Origin: an uncultured virus (IMG/VR IMGVR_UViG_3300038393_001252)
Lineage: Duplodnaviria > Heunggongvirae > Uroviricota > Caudoviricetes
Length of the DNA stretch: 64,000 nt
Virus record (IMG/VR): IMGVR_UViG_3300038393_001252
Reading direction: 5' to 3' (one strand)
Below are positions 46,881 through 56,646 of this stretch, one piece after another (the first letter of the stretch is position 1; each line of letters starts with the position of its first letter). The position numbers and the translations under genes are program-made. The notes beneath the pieces are model-generated. The model was not told the origin of the DNA. It made no database searches and saw only the letters and a program-made list of their open reading frames with translations.

Positions 46881-46903
46881 GTCAGTAAATCCTGGAGCCA
46901 CAA

Positions 46904-47413
46904 ATGACCAAAGGCCTCGCTCGCTCTCTTGCCAACGCCCCGAAGGACCAACCGTCGGTGCGACGCGTTTCCATTCCCATGCGGGCCCTCGCTGTGGCCA
47001 TTACGGACCCGGGCGCCGCGGTGGGTTACGGTACGGCGGTGATTGCGGGCTTGCCGGAAGGAAACATCCTTCTGCTGGGTGCTGTTGCAAACGTCATGCT
47101 TAGTTCCGCCTCCGCCGGAATCACTGCCACGTTCACTGCTAACTTTGCAGTGGGAACCGCAGCGACGGCGGATGCGACCCTTAGCGGTAACGAGGTCAAC
47201 GTCATTCCCAGCACCGCCACCAGCGCTGCCACCGCCAAGGTGTCCCCCGTTACCCGCGGCGCGCAGGCGACGGCTGTGATGCTGGACAACACGGACAGCA
47301 GCTTGAAGCTGAACATGAACATCACGGTGCCGGACGCCAGCCTGTCCGCCAACTCCAGCATCAGCGTGGACGGTGTGCTGCACCTTGCCTACGTCCTGCT
47401 GGGTGACGATTAA
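46904..47413 (+). CDS. virion structural protein (head decoration candidate)
   Basis: Ala/Thr-rich beta protein directly after the MCP. Confidence 0.7.
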   Translation: MTKGLARSLANAPKDQPSVRRVSIPMRALAVAITDPGAAVGYGTAVIAGLPEGNILLLGAVANVMLSSASAGITATFTANFAVGTAATADATLSGNEVNVIPSTATSAATAKVSPVTRGAQATAVMLDNTDSSLKLNMNITVPDASLSANSSISVDGVLHLAYVLLGDD

Positions 47414-47431
47414 ACCACGGAGTAACGCGCA

Positions 47432-48043
47432 ATGACGCTTGCACTTAAAGCTGCCCTTTCGCAGCTTGACCCTGGAAACGACAACCATTGGACCGCTGAA
47501 GGTCTGCCCCGTATCGAAACGGTGCGTCTGCTTTCCCAAACCCCTTCGCTGACCCGCGAACAGTTGGTGGAAGCTGACCCAGCGTTCAACCGCGAGGCTG
47601 CCAAGGCTGCCAAAGCGGGTGCAGCCCCCGCGGCGGTTCCAGCGGTGCCCGCAGCTCCTGTGGATCCGGTTCTGGCTCCGAAAGAAGCCACTCAGGACGC
47701 TGCTCCTGCTAAAGCGGCCTCCATGCAGGAAGAGATGGAAGCGGCGTTGCGTGTAGCTGTGCAGAAACGTGATGACCTGGCTGCGAAGAAGGCGAAGCTG
47801 GACAACGAGTACGCAGACGCGAACTTCGTTGTGGACAAGCTGAGCACGGAGCTGGACAAGTTCAAGGAACCTCCGCACCAGACCGCAATGCACACCATCA
47901 TGGCTTACCAGCGTGCGCAGGAACGCGATGCGGCTGAGCGGGCTGCCCGTGTGGCCAAGATCAAGGACCTGGGCATTACCCGCCAAGACCTTGCCAGCGG
48001 TTCTGCGCTTGACCAAGCGATGGCGGCGAAGCGTAAGAAGTAA
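47432..48043 (+). CDS. hypothetical protein of the head module
   Basis: LDPGNDNHWTAEGLP, coiled coil. Confidence 0.7.
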   Translation: MTLALKAALSQLDPGNDNHWTAEGLPRIETVRLLSQTPSLTREQLVEADPAFNREAAKAAKAGAAPAAVPAVPAAPVDPVLAPKEATQDAAPAKAASMQEEMEAALRVAVQKRDDLAAKKAKLDNEYADANFVVDKLSTELDKFKEPPHQTAMHTIMAYQRAQERDAAERAARVAKIKDLGITRQDLASGSALDQAMAAKRKK

Positions 48044-48048
48044 AGGCC

Positions 48049-48417
48049 ATGGGCGTCACGTCTTCGCAGCAAATGCTGGAGCTGTTTAGGCAGCGCCAGC
48101 GTAAGGAACGGCAGGCGTTGAAGCTGTTCGATGACCTAGTGAAGACGCCTGCTGACTTCTCCTCCCCTCTCACCCTTCCCGGTAGCGGCAAGCTGTATGC
48201 CAGCATCAACGCCACTGCCGCGTCTCCTACCGTCTTGTGCTCCGTTAACGGTGTCAACCGCAGCATACCCGCTGTGGCAGCAGGCGAGATAGTACCGCTT
48301 GGTTATTTCGAAAAGGGTGCTACCCTTACTGCTGTGTACAATGCGAGTACGATTAACCTCTACGTCGGCACTCCGCTGGGGGAAAGGTTAAAGATTGCGA
48401 CTAAGACCGTCCCTTAG
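48049..48417 (+). CDS. hypothetical structural protein
   Basis: 122-aa ORF in the operon. Confidence 0.65.
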   Translation: MGVTSSQQMLELFRQRQRKERQALKLFDDLVKTPADFSSPLTLPGSGKLYASINATAASPTVLCSVNGVNRSIPAVAAGEIVPLGYFEKGATLTAVYNASTINLYVGTPLGERLKIATKTVP

Positions 48418-48432
48418 AGGTAGGAGCCGAAG

Positions 48433-48804
48433 ATGTCCGTCACTTATACCACTCCCGTCAAGAACGCGCGACTGGATGCCGTTGCAACGCAGATTGGCAA
48501 CGCCGGCAAGCTGGAAATTGGCACCAGCGGCATGGCAAGCGTGTTGGCAACGATTACGCTGAACAGCCCGGCGGCACCCGCTGCGAGCGGCGGCGTGCTC
48601 ACGTTGTTCAACTCGGCGAAGACCGCAACGGCGGCGGCTGGTGGTACCGCTGCCGCGGCCCGCATCCGCACCAGCGCCAACGTGGACATCGTCACCGGGC
48701 TCACGGTCGGTTCCCCATCCGGGTTCGACGTCAACCTGGACAGCACCAGCATCAGCTCTGGTCAGACGGTCCAAATCAACAGCGCTACCATCACGCACGC
48801 CTAA
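48433..48804 (+). CDS. virion structural protein (fibre-associated)
   Basis: KNARLDA...GTAAAARI...ITHA; AGGAG RBS. Confidence 0.7.
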   Translation: MSVTYTTPVKNARLDAVATQIGNAGKLEIGTSGMASVLATITLNSPAAPAASGGVLTLFNSAKTATAAAGGTAAAARIRTSANVDIVTGLTVGSPSGFDVNLDSTSISSGQTVQINSATITHA

Positions 48805-48845
48805 GCCCTAGCGGCTTTGTGCGTGCGCGCTCCTAAAGGACAGCC

Positions 48846-50558
48846 ATGGCCCAGCTAAATATCACGAACTATCCCATCTCCCCGCTCAAGTACATTACGG
48901 GGCTTGACGCAAGCGGGAACGTGAAGCATGCGCTGGCGCCTAAGGTCAGTGTCAAGGACTACGGCGCAAAGGGTGACGGGACGACAGACGACACCTCTGC
49001 AATCAAGGCTGCGTTTGACGCGTGCATGGCGGCAGGTGTTGCCGTGCAGTTCGAAGAAGGCACCTACCTCGTCACCGGTCCCATTACCACGCTGGCTGAC
49101 TCCACGAACTCCTTGCACATCGTTTGCAAGGGGCAGGTCAACATCAACGTCTCTGGCAGCGCCACAGCGTTCAATTACCTGCTGTACGTTTCGTCCACAG
49201 TCGCCAACAACGCCTCTATCACCGGCGGCCAACTGCGCATTGACCTCAACAACAAGTGCGGTTCCGGCATTTGGATCCAGCACGCCGTGACCGGACCTAC
49301 AGGTGTGGTTAACATCCAAACGCCTGTGACGGTGTTGAATGCGAAGCAGAACAACAGTTCGTTTACGCAGGAGAACTACGGGATTGGCGTAATTGGTGAC
49401 TACGAAAAAGTCATCATGCAGCAGCCCACAGTGGTCGGCGTCAATCGCACGAACACAACGGGCGGTGCATGCAAGGGCATTGTCGTTACGCAATGTGGCG
49501 GTGAAGTAGTTCTTAACCAACCTCACGTCGAAAACATCCTTACGCCTGGTACGGCTGACGCGGACGGCATTGCTACGTTCGGAAAGTTGAATGGCGGAAG
49601 TTCTTCGTTGCGCACAGCTGGCAGGGTGACGATTAACCAGCCCGTGTTCATTGACTGCCAGGGCCGTAGCTTCAAGAGCCAGTGCAGTGATACCACCATT
49701 ATCCGCCCGCGTGTGTACCGCAAGAGCGTGGTGGCGATTGCGCAAGCTGTGGAGTTTGACTTCCAGCTTGGCGGCAACCATTTGCTGATTGAACCTGATT
49801 ATGAGTACAGGCTGAATGGTGCAACGAGCCCCATTGGCTCTTCGCACTCCTGTGTCGCGTTCCAGAACATGATTACGGACACGCCCATGCACTCCCGTTC
49901 CGTTGGGGGTTACATGCGGACGGAAGTTCAGATTCCGAACTACTGCGTTCTCGGTCGAGCCACTAGCGCAGCATTCTGCGAAGTTGTGGTCGAGGGCTTG
50001 CGCATCATTCCTCTGGGCTCCTTTACAAGCGCCACTTTCAGCAGATCGTTGCTTGAGTTCATTGCTTCTGACCTGATTGCCGCTACCGGCAAGACCATGA
50101 TCCGGGTTGACAACTGCTCTGGCCCGCTCCAGTGCACAGCAATTGGATACAACAGTTATAGCTCCGGCACTACGAACACCAAGCTGGACATCGAAGTCAC
50201 AAACATGCGCAACACGATGGGCCCAGCCAGTGCAGCGCAGCTCTTCAACGCTCTCAGTGGAAGCTTCATTAACGACGTTGATACTTTCCTGTTCCGTTCC
50301 AACACTGGCTATCGAGATCTTAACCAAATTGGTACGTTCAACTTTAACAAGTTGCGCCCTGGTTGCATCTTCACAGTTGACCCCGCCACCGTCACCGCCA
50401 CTGGTGCCCCGCCCTGGAGCACGGCGAGCTACGCCACGGTTGAGTGTTTGACCGCTTATTTCGGCACAACGGACAGGACCGTGCGCGTGACTCAAAGCAA
50501 CGGCTCTGGTGTCTGGTTTACCCAAAACGGTGGCACCAATTGGGGCACGACCGCTTAA
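48846..50558 (+). CDS. tailspike/depolymerase-like beta-helix protein (pectate-lyase-3 type N-terminus)
   Basis: VSVKDYGAKGDGTTDDTSAIKAAFDA, GTYLV. Confidence 0.8.
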   Translation: MAQLNITNYPISPLKYITGLDASGNVKHALAPKVSVKDYGAKGDGTTDDTSAIKAAFDACMAAGVAVQFEEGTYLVTGPITTLADSTNSLHIVCKGQVNINVSGSATAFNYLLYVSSTVANNASITGGQLRIDLNNKCGSGIWIQHAVTGPTGVVNIQTPVTVLNAKQNNSSFTQENYGIGVIGDYEKVIMQQPTVVGVNRTNTTGGACKGIVVTQCGGEVVLNQPHVENILTPGTADADGIATFGKLNGGSSSLRTAGRVTINQPVFIDCQGRSFKSQCSDTTIIRPRVYRKSVVAIAQAVEFDFQLGGNHLLIEPDYEYRLNGATSPIGSSHSCVAFQNMITDTPMHSRSVGGYMRTEVQIPNYCVLGRATSAAFCEVVVEGLRIIPLGSFTSATFSRSLLEFIASDLIAATGKTMIRVDNCSGPLQCTAIGYNSYSSGTTNTKLDIEVTNMRNTMGPASAAQLFNALSGSFINDVDTFLFRSNTGYRDLNQIGTFNFNKLRPGCIFTVDPATVTATGAPPWSTASYATVECLTAYFGTTDRTVRVTQSNGSGVWFTQNGGTNWGTTA

Positions 50559-50577
50559 TTAACATCGTGAGGCCAAC

Positions 50578-52491
50578 ATCGCTCTCCAATTTGTCGGCAG
50601 TGCGTCTGGTTCGGGCACAGGTGCTTCGTATAGCGTATCGCTAACGGCGCTGACCGGGGGCCTTGCTAGCGCCGCGGCAGCTGGAGACTTTGTAATTGTC
50701 GTTTCGGGGTGGTCGAGCACAACGGATGACAACCCGGGCGTAACGACGGCTGGGTACACGGAGGTTGCTGACCTCTACTCCAACGACACCAACGACACCA
50801 ACCTCTCCATAGCCTATAAGCTAATGGGAGGGACGCCGGACACAAGTGTCACGGTCAGCGGTCCCAATGCGGCAACGAACGGTGGTTCCTGTGTTGTTCA
50901 CGTCTGGCGCGGTGTAGACCCAACAAACCCGCTTGACGTTACCTCCACGGTTTCGCAGGCCAACCTCAACAGCGCAAACGCGAACGCACCAGCCATTACT
51001 CCCGTCACGCCCGGTGCTGTGGTTATCGCTTGCGGCGGTGGCACCGGGGGAACAACACAGACAGCGCCCAGTGCTACACCCAGCGGGTTCAGCAACCAAA
51101 AGGCGCAGAACGGAGACGGTAGCACCCGCGACTTCTATACCGTCATTGCTTCCGCTGCCTGGTCTGGTAGCGGCGCGCTTGACCCGGCGACATGGACTGC
51201 GGGCAGCACCGCCAATAGTGAGTCCTGGGCTGCTGCTACCCTCGCACTCCGCCCTGGTCGTTTTGGTACGGCGGACGTTGTTGAAAGTGACGGGGACTAC
51301 GTAGTCGAGGGTATAACGGACGGGAGCGGTGACCCGCTAACGGACCAGAGCGGTGACCCGCTTGTTGGAACTGGCTGGTTCGGAACTGTAACCACACCAG
51401 ACATTGGCACTCCTGTTACTGGTACGCTGGCGGCGACGGAGACGGGCGGCGATACGCTGGCGGCGCCTGGCGCAGTGATTGTCCAGGGTACGCTGGCGGT
51501 AACAGAAACGGCTACGGCAGACACCTTTGCTTCTACCGGCAAAGTGATTGTGGCTGGTGCGCTTGCTGCGACCGAAAGCGCTGACAGCTTTGCGGCACCG
51601 GGCAGCGTGCTGGTGCAGGGTACGGTAACCGCTTCGGAAGCACCGGACACCTTTGCAGCGCCTGGCACTGTGCTCGTGCAGGGCACTTTGGCAGCCAGCG
51701 AAACAGGCAGCGACACCATTGCCGCACCCGGCAAAGTCTTTGTAACTGGTTCCCTTGCGGCTGCAGAAACTGGCAACGATTCGTTAGACGCTTCTGGTGG
51801 CAACACCGTAAGCGGTATTCTTAACACGCAGGAAAGTGGCGCAGACGCGTTTGCAGCGAACGGGGCCGTGCTGGTTGCTGGGTCGCTTGCAGGCAACGAG
51901 AGCGTCGGCGACGGGTTCGCTGTTACGGGTACAGTGCTTGTGCAGGGTAGCGCAGCGCTGGGTGAAAGTGGCGGCGACACTTTTGCTTCTACTGGCGTTG
52001 GGTTTATACCGGGTACGTTGGCAGCAACGGAGAGCGAACCGGATACCTTCACCGCCCCGGGTTCTGTGCTTGTGCAAGGGGCGCTGGCTGGAACAGAAGA
52101 CGCGGATACGTTTAGCGCGGACGTTGTGCACTTGACACAGGGTACGCTGGACGCGGTGGAAGATGCGGTGGAAGACACCGTTGCATCCGACGGCAACGTG
52201 TTCGTCACTGGTACAGTTACGGCAGTAGACGATTTCCCGGACACCTTTGCGGCAGATGGGTTTGCGTTTATTACGGGAACGGCGGCCCTTGTAGAAGCGG
52301 CAGATACGGCCCAGATAGACGGAGCTGTTACTGTTGCCGGTTCTATGAGTGCAGTGGAAACAGTGCTAGACACGTTCACCTGCATTGGCTTCCAGTTTAG
52401 CCTGCTAGCCAGCCTGTACCCGCTGCGTGGCAAGGCGCAGGTGTTCCCGAATAAGGACAAACCCCAAACGTACCCGCTGGAGGATTTATGA
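50578..52491 (+). CDS. fibre protein with ~22-aa tandem repeats; probable ATC start
   Basis: Frame open from 50563; GAGG then ATC-GCT-CTC-CAA (ALQFVG); repeats GTLAATExxDTFAAPGxVLVQ. Confidence 0.8.
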   Translation: MALQFVGSASGSGTGASYSVSLTALTGGLASAAAAGDFVIVVSGWSSTTDDNPGVTTAGYTEVADLYSNDTNDTNLSIAYKLMGGTPDTSVTVSGPNAATNGGSCVVHVWRGVDPTNPLDVTSTVSQANLNSANANAPAITPVTPGAVVIACGGGTGGTTQTAPSATPSGFSNQKAQNGDGSTRDFYTVIASAAWSGSGALDPATWTAGSTANSESWAAATLALRPGRFGTADVVESDGDYVVEGITDGSGDPLTDQSGDPLVGTGWFGTVTTPDIGTPVTGTLAATETGGDTLAAPGAVIVQGTLAVTETATADTFASTGKVIVAGALAATESADSFAAPGSVLVQGTVTASEAPDTFAAPGTVLVQGTLAASETGSDTIAAPGKVFVTGSLAAAETGNDSLDASGGNTVSGILNTQESGADAFAANGAVLVAGSLAGNESVGDGFAVTGTVLVQGSAALGESGGDTFASTGVGFIPGTLAATESEPDTFTAPGSVLVQGALAGTEDADTFSADVVHLTQGTLDAVEDAVEDTVASDGNVFVTGTVTAVDDFPDTFAADGFAFITGTAALVEAADTAQIDGAVTVAGSMSAVETVLDTFTCIGFQFSLLASLYPLRGKAQVFPNKDKPQTYPLEDL

Positions 52492-53018
52492 CAATTGTAG
52501 TTGAGGACGGAACGGGACTGCCGAACGCTGTCTCCTACGCTGATGCAAACTATGCGGACGTGTACATGCAGGCGCGCGGGTTTACGACGTGGGTTGCGCT
52601 GCAGACCACTGAGAAGGAACAGGCGCTTGTGCGCGCGACAGACTACATGGGGCTCATGTTTAAGTGGGCGGGTGACCGCTTTACGACGACACAGGCACTG
52701 GACTGGCCACGGAGCGGTGCGGAGCTGTACGGCACGGATGTTGGCACGGACGAGATTCCGATTCTGATCAAGAACGCGTGCGTGGAACTGGCGTACCGCG
52801 CTGCACAGGGGCCTCTGATCCTTGACCCGACCCAGGACGACAGTGGGCGTCTGGTGGGTAAGGTAGTTGAACGCGCTGGACCAATTGACGAAGAAACGAC
52901 GTACATTGCCAAGGGCCAAATGTCCATCCCAACGCTCTACAAGCGCTACCCGTTTGTGGACGCAATGCTGCGCCCGCTGGTTGAAAACGGCGGGACTGGC
53001 GGAGGGGTGTACAGGTGA
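52488..53018 (+). CDS. head-tail adaptor (DnaT-like)
   Basis: VEDGTGLPNAVSY, ALVRATDY, QALDWPR, NACVELA. Confidence 0.85.
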   Translation: MTIVVEDGTGLPNAVSYADANYADVYMQARGFTTWVALQTTEKEQALVRATDYMGLMFKWAGDRFTTTQALDWPRSGAELYGTDVGTDEIPILIKNACVELAYRAAQGPLILDPTQDDSGRLVGKVVERAGPIDEETTYIAKGQMSIPTLYKRYPFVDAMLRPLVENGGTGGGVYR

Positions 53019-53410
53019 ACTACGACAAGATTGCACAGATGGTGAAGCGCCAGATTACGGATAAGGGGCGCGGAATTGTGCTGAGCAAGTTGGCCACGGC
53101 GCCAGATGCGAACAAACCCTGGCGCGGCCCATCCGCCCCGTTCAAGGTTGAGCAGTTCAGCACATTCGGCCTGTTCGCTGTCCCCAATACGAGTATCCCA
53201 ACGGAGTCTCGCGGGTTGGGCCTGGACTGGATTGACCAGGACCTGCTCAGCCGCTCACGCCGTGTGGTCATTGTCGCAGCGCTGGACGCACCGGATCTAG
53301 AGCAACACAAAGTCTTAACCCTCGGGTCAGAAGACTATGTGTTAATATGGGGTCAATGCTTTCAGCCTGGCTCCGTCAAACTTTTCTACGTCTTTGGGTT
53401 GGCCCAATGA
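53015..53410 (+). CDS. head closure protein
   Basis: Position and size after the adaptor. Confidence 0.7.
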   Translation: MNYDKIAQMVKRQITDKGRGIVLSKLATAPDANKPWRGPSAPFKVEQFSTFGLFAVPNTSIPTESRGLGLDWIDQDLLSRSRRVVIVAALDAPDLEQHKVLTLGSEDYVLIWGQCFQPGSVKLFYVFGLAQ

Positions 53411-53814
53411 ATATCACAGAAGCTCGTGATGCGATGCTGGCTGACCTCACGGCAGCGCTACCCCAGGAGTTTCCTGTTTCCTACACGGACGCAGCACCAG
53501 TGGAAGCGCTTGACGGGCGCACGGCGTGGGCGCGTTGCACAGTGAAACACATTGACGGGAAGCAACGTGGCTTCGGCGGTGACGGAACCAAGAAGTACGA
53601 AAGCATTGGAATTGTTTGTATCGAAATCTTTGCTCCGGTTGGAACTGGGCTGACCACAGGGGACGCGCTGGCTAGTGACGCCAAGCGATACCTAGAAGGA
53701 TTGCGATCGTCTCAGGTTTGGTATCGTAATATACGGGCTGCGGACGTCGGCATGGATGGTGGTTATCAGAAGATCAACATTTATGCTGATTTTAGTTACG
53801 AAGACCACCATTGA
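53407..53814 (+). CDS. tail terminator protein
   Basis: IEIFAPVGTG; precedes the tail tube; ATGA overlap. Confidence 0.75.
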   Translation: MNITEARDAMLADLTAALPQEFPVSYTDAAPVEALDGRTAWARCTVKHIDGKQRGFGGDGTKKYESIGIVCIEIFAPVGTGLTTGDALASDAKRYLEGLRSSQVWYRNIRAADVGMDGGYQKINIYADFSYEDHH

Positions 53815-53829
53815 CCTCTGAGGTGATCC

Positions 53830-55341
53830 ATGGCAAATAAGCAAGACTCGAACCTGACAGGCCTTCGGTACTGCACCGAAGCAAGCCTGAAGACCCTGCC
53901 GGGCAGCCCGGTCTTTAAGCAGTTCGAACCGAACAGCTACGGCGACTTTGGCGGTTCCACGGCCAAGACGGCACGGAACCCGATTACCAACTCCCGCCAG
54001 CGCAAGAAGGGTGTGACGGTTGACCTGGACGCTTCCGGCAGCTTCAACCAAGACCTGACACTGGACAACACGCTGGACGTACTCCAGGGGTTCATGTTCG
54101 CTGACGCCCGCTGCAAGCCTTCCACCCAGCCCATCAACGCAAGCGCCAGCGTTGCGATGACGGCGACCACCACGACGACCTACACCGCTGCCTCCGGGCT
54201 CTCCGGGTTCAAGGTTGGTGCCAAGGTGCTTGCCTCCGGGTTCACCCTCACCGCCAACAACGGCGTCAAGGACATTAGCGCTGTTGCCTCCGGTTCGCTG
54301 ACCACGACGGGTCTGGCGGTTGAGACCCCGCCCGCTGCGGCGAAGCTGGAAACCGTGGGCCACAAGTTTGCTAGCGCAGACTGCAACATTGCGATGAACG
54401 GCAGCCTGGTGCGCCTGACGACCGCGGCGGCTGACTTCACCACCTTCGGGTTCGTTGAAGGCGAGTGGGTGTACCTGGGCAGCGACACTTCCAGCTGCCG
54501 CTTTGCCAACAACGTTGGTTTTGCCCGCATTGGCAAGGGTGGCATTACCAGCGGCTACCTCCAGTTCGACAAGGTGAGCTGGACCCCGCAAGCGGAAACC
54601 GGCACGGGTAAGACCATTGAGCTGTACTTCGGCACTGTGGTCAAGAACGAGCTGGTGGGTTCCGGGTTCAAGCGCCGCAGCTACCACCTGGAGCGCCAGG
54701 TGGGCACGGACGCTGACGGTACGATGTCGGAATACTTGGTGGGTGCTGTGCCCAACGAGTTCACGCTCACGGTGCCCCGCGCGGAAAAGATCACCTGCGA
54801 CCTGGGCTTCATGGCCATGGACCACGAACCCCGCACCGGCCTGCAGGGACTCAAGTCCGGTACTCGCCCCAACCTGGCAGCGACGGACGCCTACAACACG
54901 TCCAATGACGTTGCTCGCATTAAGCTGTCTCTTGCGGACAGCACGAATGCAAGCACGACCCCGCTGTTCGCGTATGCCGAGGACCTGAACCTGACGGTGA
55001 ACAACAACTGCTCGGTGGACAAGGCGATTGGCGTGCTGGGAGGCTTCGACATCACCGCAGGTACCTTCGAGGTTGGCGGTAGCATGACGGTGTTCTTTGC
55101 CGACAACGTGGCGGTGACTGCGGTGCGTAACAACAGCGACGTCACCCTGGACATCGTTCTGGTGCAGAACAACGCCGGTATCGCAATCGACGTCCCGCTG
55201 ATCACGCTGGGTGACGGCCGCTTGAACATCGAGCAGAACCAGTCCATCAAGCTGCCGCTGGAAACGAACGCTGCCGAATCCACGTTCGGACACACGATCC
55301 TGTTCAACGCGTTCTCTTACTTGCCTACCCTGGCTGGCTAA
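53830..55341 (+). CDS. major tail tube protein
   Basis: 503 aa, EPNSYGDFGG, RNPI, GTFEVGGSMTVFF; followed by a terminator and chaperone. Confidence 0.85.
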   Translation: MANKQDSNLTGLRYCTEASLKTLPGSPVFKQFEPNSYGDFGGSTAKTARNPITNSRQRKKGVTVDLDASGSFNQDLTLDNTLDVLQGFMFADARCKPSTQPINASASVAMTATTTTTYTAASGLSGFKVGAKVLASGFTLTANNGVKDISAVASGSLTTTGLAVETPPAAAKLETVGHKFASADCNIAMNGSLVRLTTAAADFTTFGFVEGEWVYLGSDTSSCRFANNVGFARIGKGGITSGYLQFDKVSWTPQAETGTGKTIELYFGTVVKNELVGSGFKRRSYHLERQVGTDADGTMSEYLVGAVPNEFTLTVPRAEKITCDLGFMAMDHEPRTGLQGLKSGTRPNLAATDAYNTSNDVARIKLSLADSTNASTTPLFAYAEDLNLTVNNNCSVDKAIGVLGGFDITAGTFEVGGSMTVFFADNVAVTAVRNNSDVTLDIVLVQNNAGIAIDVPLITLGDGRLNIEQNQSIKLPLETNAAESTFGHTILFNAFSYLPTLAG

Positions 55342-55344
55342 GCT

Positions 55345-55381
55345 AAACTGCGCGGGCGGAGTAATCCTACCCGCGCAGTTT
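55345..55381 (+). terminator. hairpin terminator
   Basis: AAACTGCGCGGG...CCCGCGCAGTTT. Confidence 0.65.
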
Positions 55382-55406
55382 CGTCTTTAAAGAAAGCCCC
55401 ACTCAA

Positions 55407-55844
55407 ATGTCTCTCTACAAGCAATTCTCCACCGACAAGGCCATGGAGACCTCGGGCATCGAACTCGAGTACCCCAACGAGGACGGCGCCCCCTCCACCA
55501 TCATTCGCATCGCCCGTGCCGGTGGCGCGAACGAGCGGTATGGCAAGGTGCTGGCGCACAAGTGCAAACCCTTCCGCCGCCAGATCCAGACTGAGACCAT
55601 CTCCCCCGAGAAGATGGACCAGATCATGATGGAGACCTATGCGGAAACCGTGATGCTTGGCTGGGAGAACCTGGACTTTGAAAAGACCGAGAACGGCGAA
55701 GCTGAAAAGAACGTCGAGTTCACGCACGGCAACTGCATCCGCCTGTTCAAGGACCTGCCTGAGCTCTGGGCGGACATCCAATCGCAAGCGACCAAGGTTG
55801 CTCTGTTCCGCAAGGAAGACCTGGAAGCTGACGGAAAAAACTAA
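55407..55844 (+). CDS. tail assembly chaperone (G)
   Basis: IARAGGAN, MLGWE, LFKDLPEL, ends DGKN. Confidence 0.85.
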   Translation: MSLYKQFSTDKAMETSGIELEYPNEDGAPSTIIRIARAGGANERYGKVLAHKCKPFRRQIQTETISPEKMDQIMMETYAETVMLGWENLDFEKTENGEAEKNVEFTHGNCIRLFKDLPELWADIQSQATKVALFRKEDLEADGKN

Positions 55845-56224
55845 AAGAGGTTCTTCTCTACGCCCTAAGGTACGGGAAGTCAGAGAAGACCCTAATCCGC
55901 AGAGCTAAAGAGCAGCGGGGGCCGTTACCGGAACCAATCCTTAACGCCCCCGAGTTGTGTGTTGGTTTGGAGTGGTATTACGAGGCGTTTGGAAAGCTGA
56001 CCACATGCAGGAGCGTTGGCATGGGTCCGGGTCCAATACCGTGGACAGCGGTGCGTGAGTATTGTGCGTACCACGGGCTGGACGAAGATGACCAGGCGGA
56101 GTTCGAATACCTGATTAGTGTAATGGACGACGCGTATTTAGAGTATGCGGCGGAACAGGCTAAGAAGGACCAAGAGGGCTCCAGCCCTCGTAAGCCTCTA
56201 ACGGCGAATAGCAAACGGAGGTAA
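55835..56224 (+). CDS. tail assembly chaperone -1 frameshift extension (GT)
   Basis: Slippery A-AAA-AAC at 55835-55841; -1 frame open to 56224 (LTTCRSVGMGPGPIPW...MDDAYL). Confidence 0.8.
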   Translation, partial: KKLKEVLLYALRYGKSEKTLIRRAKEQRGPLPEPILNAPELCVGLEWYYEAFGKLTTCRSVGMGPGPIPWTAVREYCAYHGLDEDDQAEFEYLISVMDDAYLEYAAEQAKKDQEGSSPRKPLTANSKRR

Positions 56225-56229
56225 CTGCT

Positions 56230-56643
56230 ATGGCTCAGGACCTAGGGCAGTTCGCAAAGAAGATGCGAGCGTATGCCAAGCGGGCGGAGCCTGCGGTTGC
56301 TGGTGTGGTTAAGAAGCTGGTGACGCAGATAGTTGAGGAAGTTGCCACCTCCACGCCTATCGACACCGGACAGGCCAGGGCCAACTGGCTCACTTCAATT
56401 GGCACTCCCATTACTTACTACAAGGCTAACGCTGGCTCCAACAGCGCAGCCAATGAGTCCATAGACATGGCCGCTAAGGTTATGGCTTCATGGAACGGGC
56501 AGGGTGACATTCATATCGCGAACAACTTGCCGTATATTGCCAAGCTAAATGCGGGTAGCTCCCAGCAAGCGCCGAAGCTCTTCGTTCAGGCCGCGGTGCT
56601 CAGAGCTAGGTACACACTGCAATCAATGAAGCTGAGGTTATAG
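56230..56643 (+). CDS. HK97 gp10-like tail completion/neck protein
   Basis: TPIDTGQARANW, NNLPYIAKLNAGSSQQAP. Confidence 0.85.
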   Translation: MAQDLGQFAKKMRAYAKRAEPAVAGVVKKLVTQIVEEVATSTPIDTGQARANWLTSIGTPITYYKANAGSNSAANESIDMAAKVMASWNGQGDIHIANNLPYIAKLNAGSSQQAPKLFVQAAVLRARYTLQSMKLRL

Positions 56644-56646
56644 CGC

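Noticed and set aside
51410..52380. Repeats as a diversity-generating retroelement or mobile element
   Set aside because: They are degenerate protein-level fibre repeats and there is no reverse transcriptase in the window
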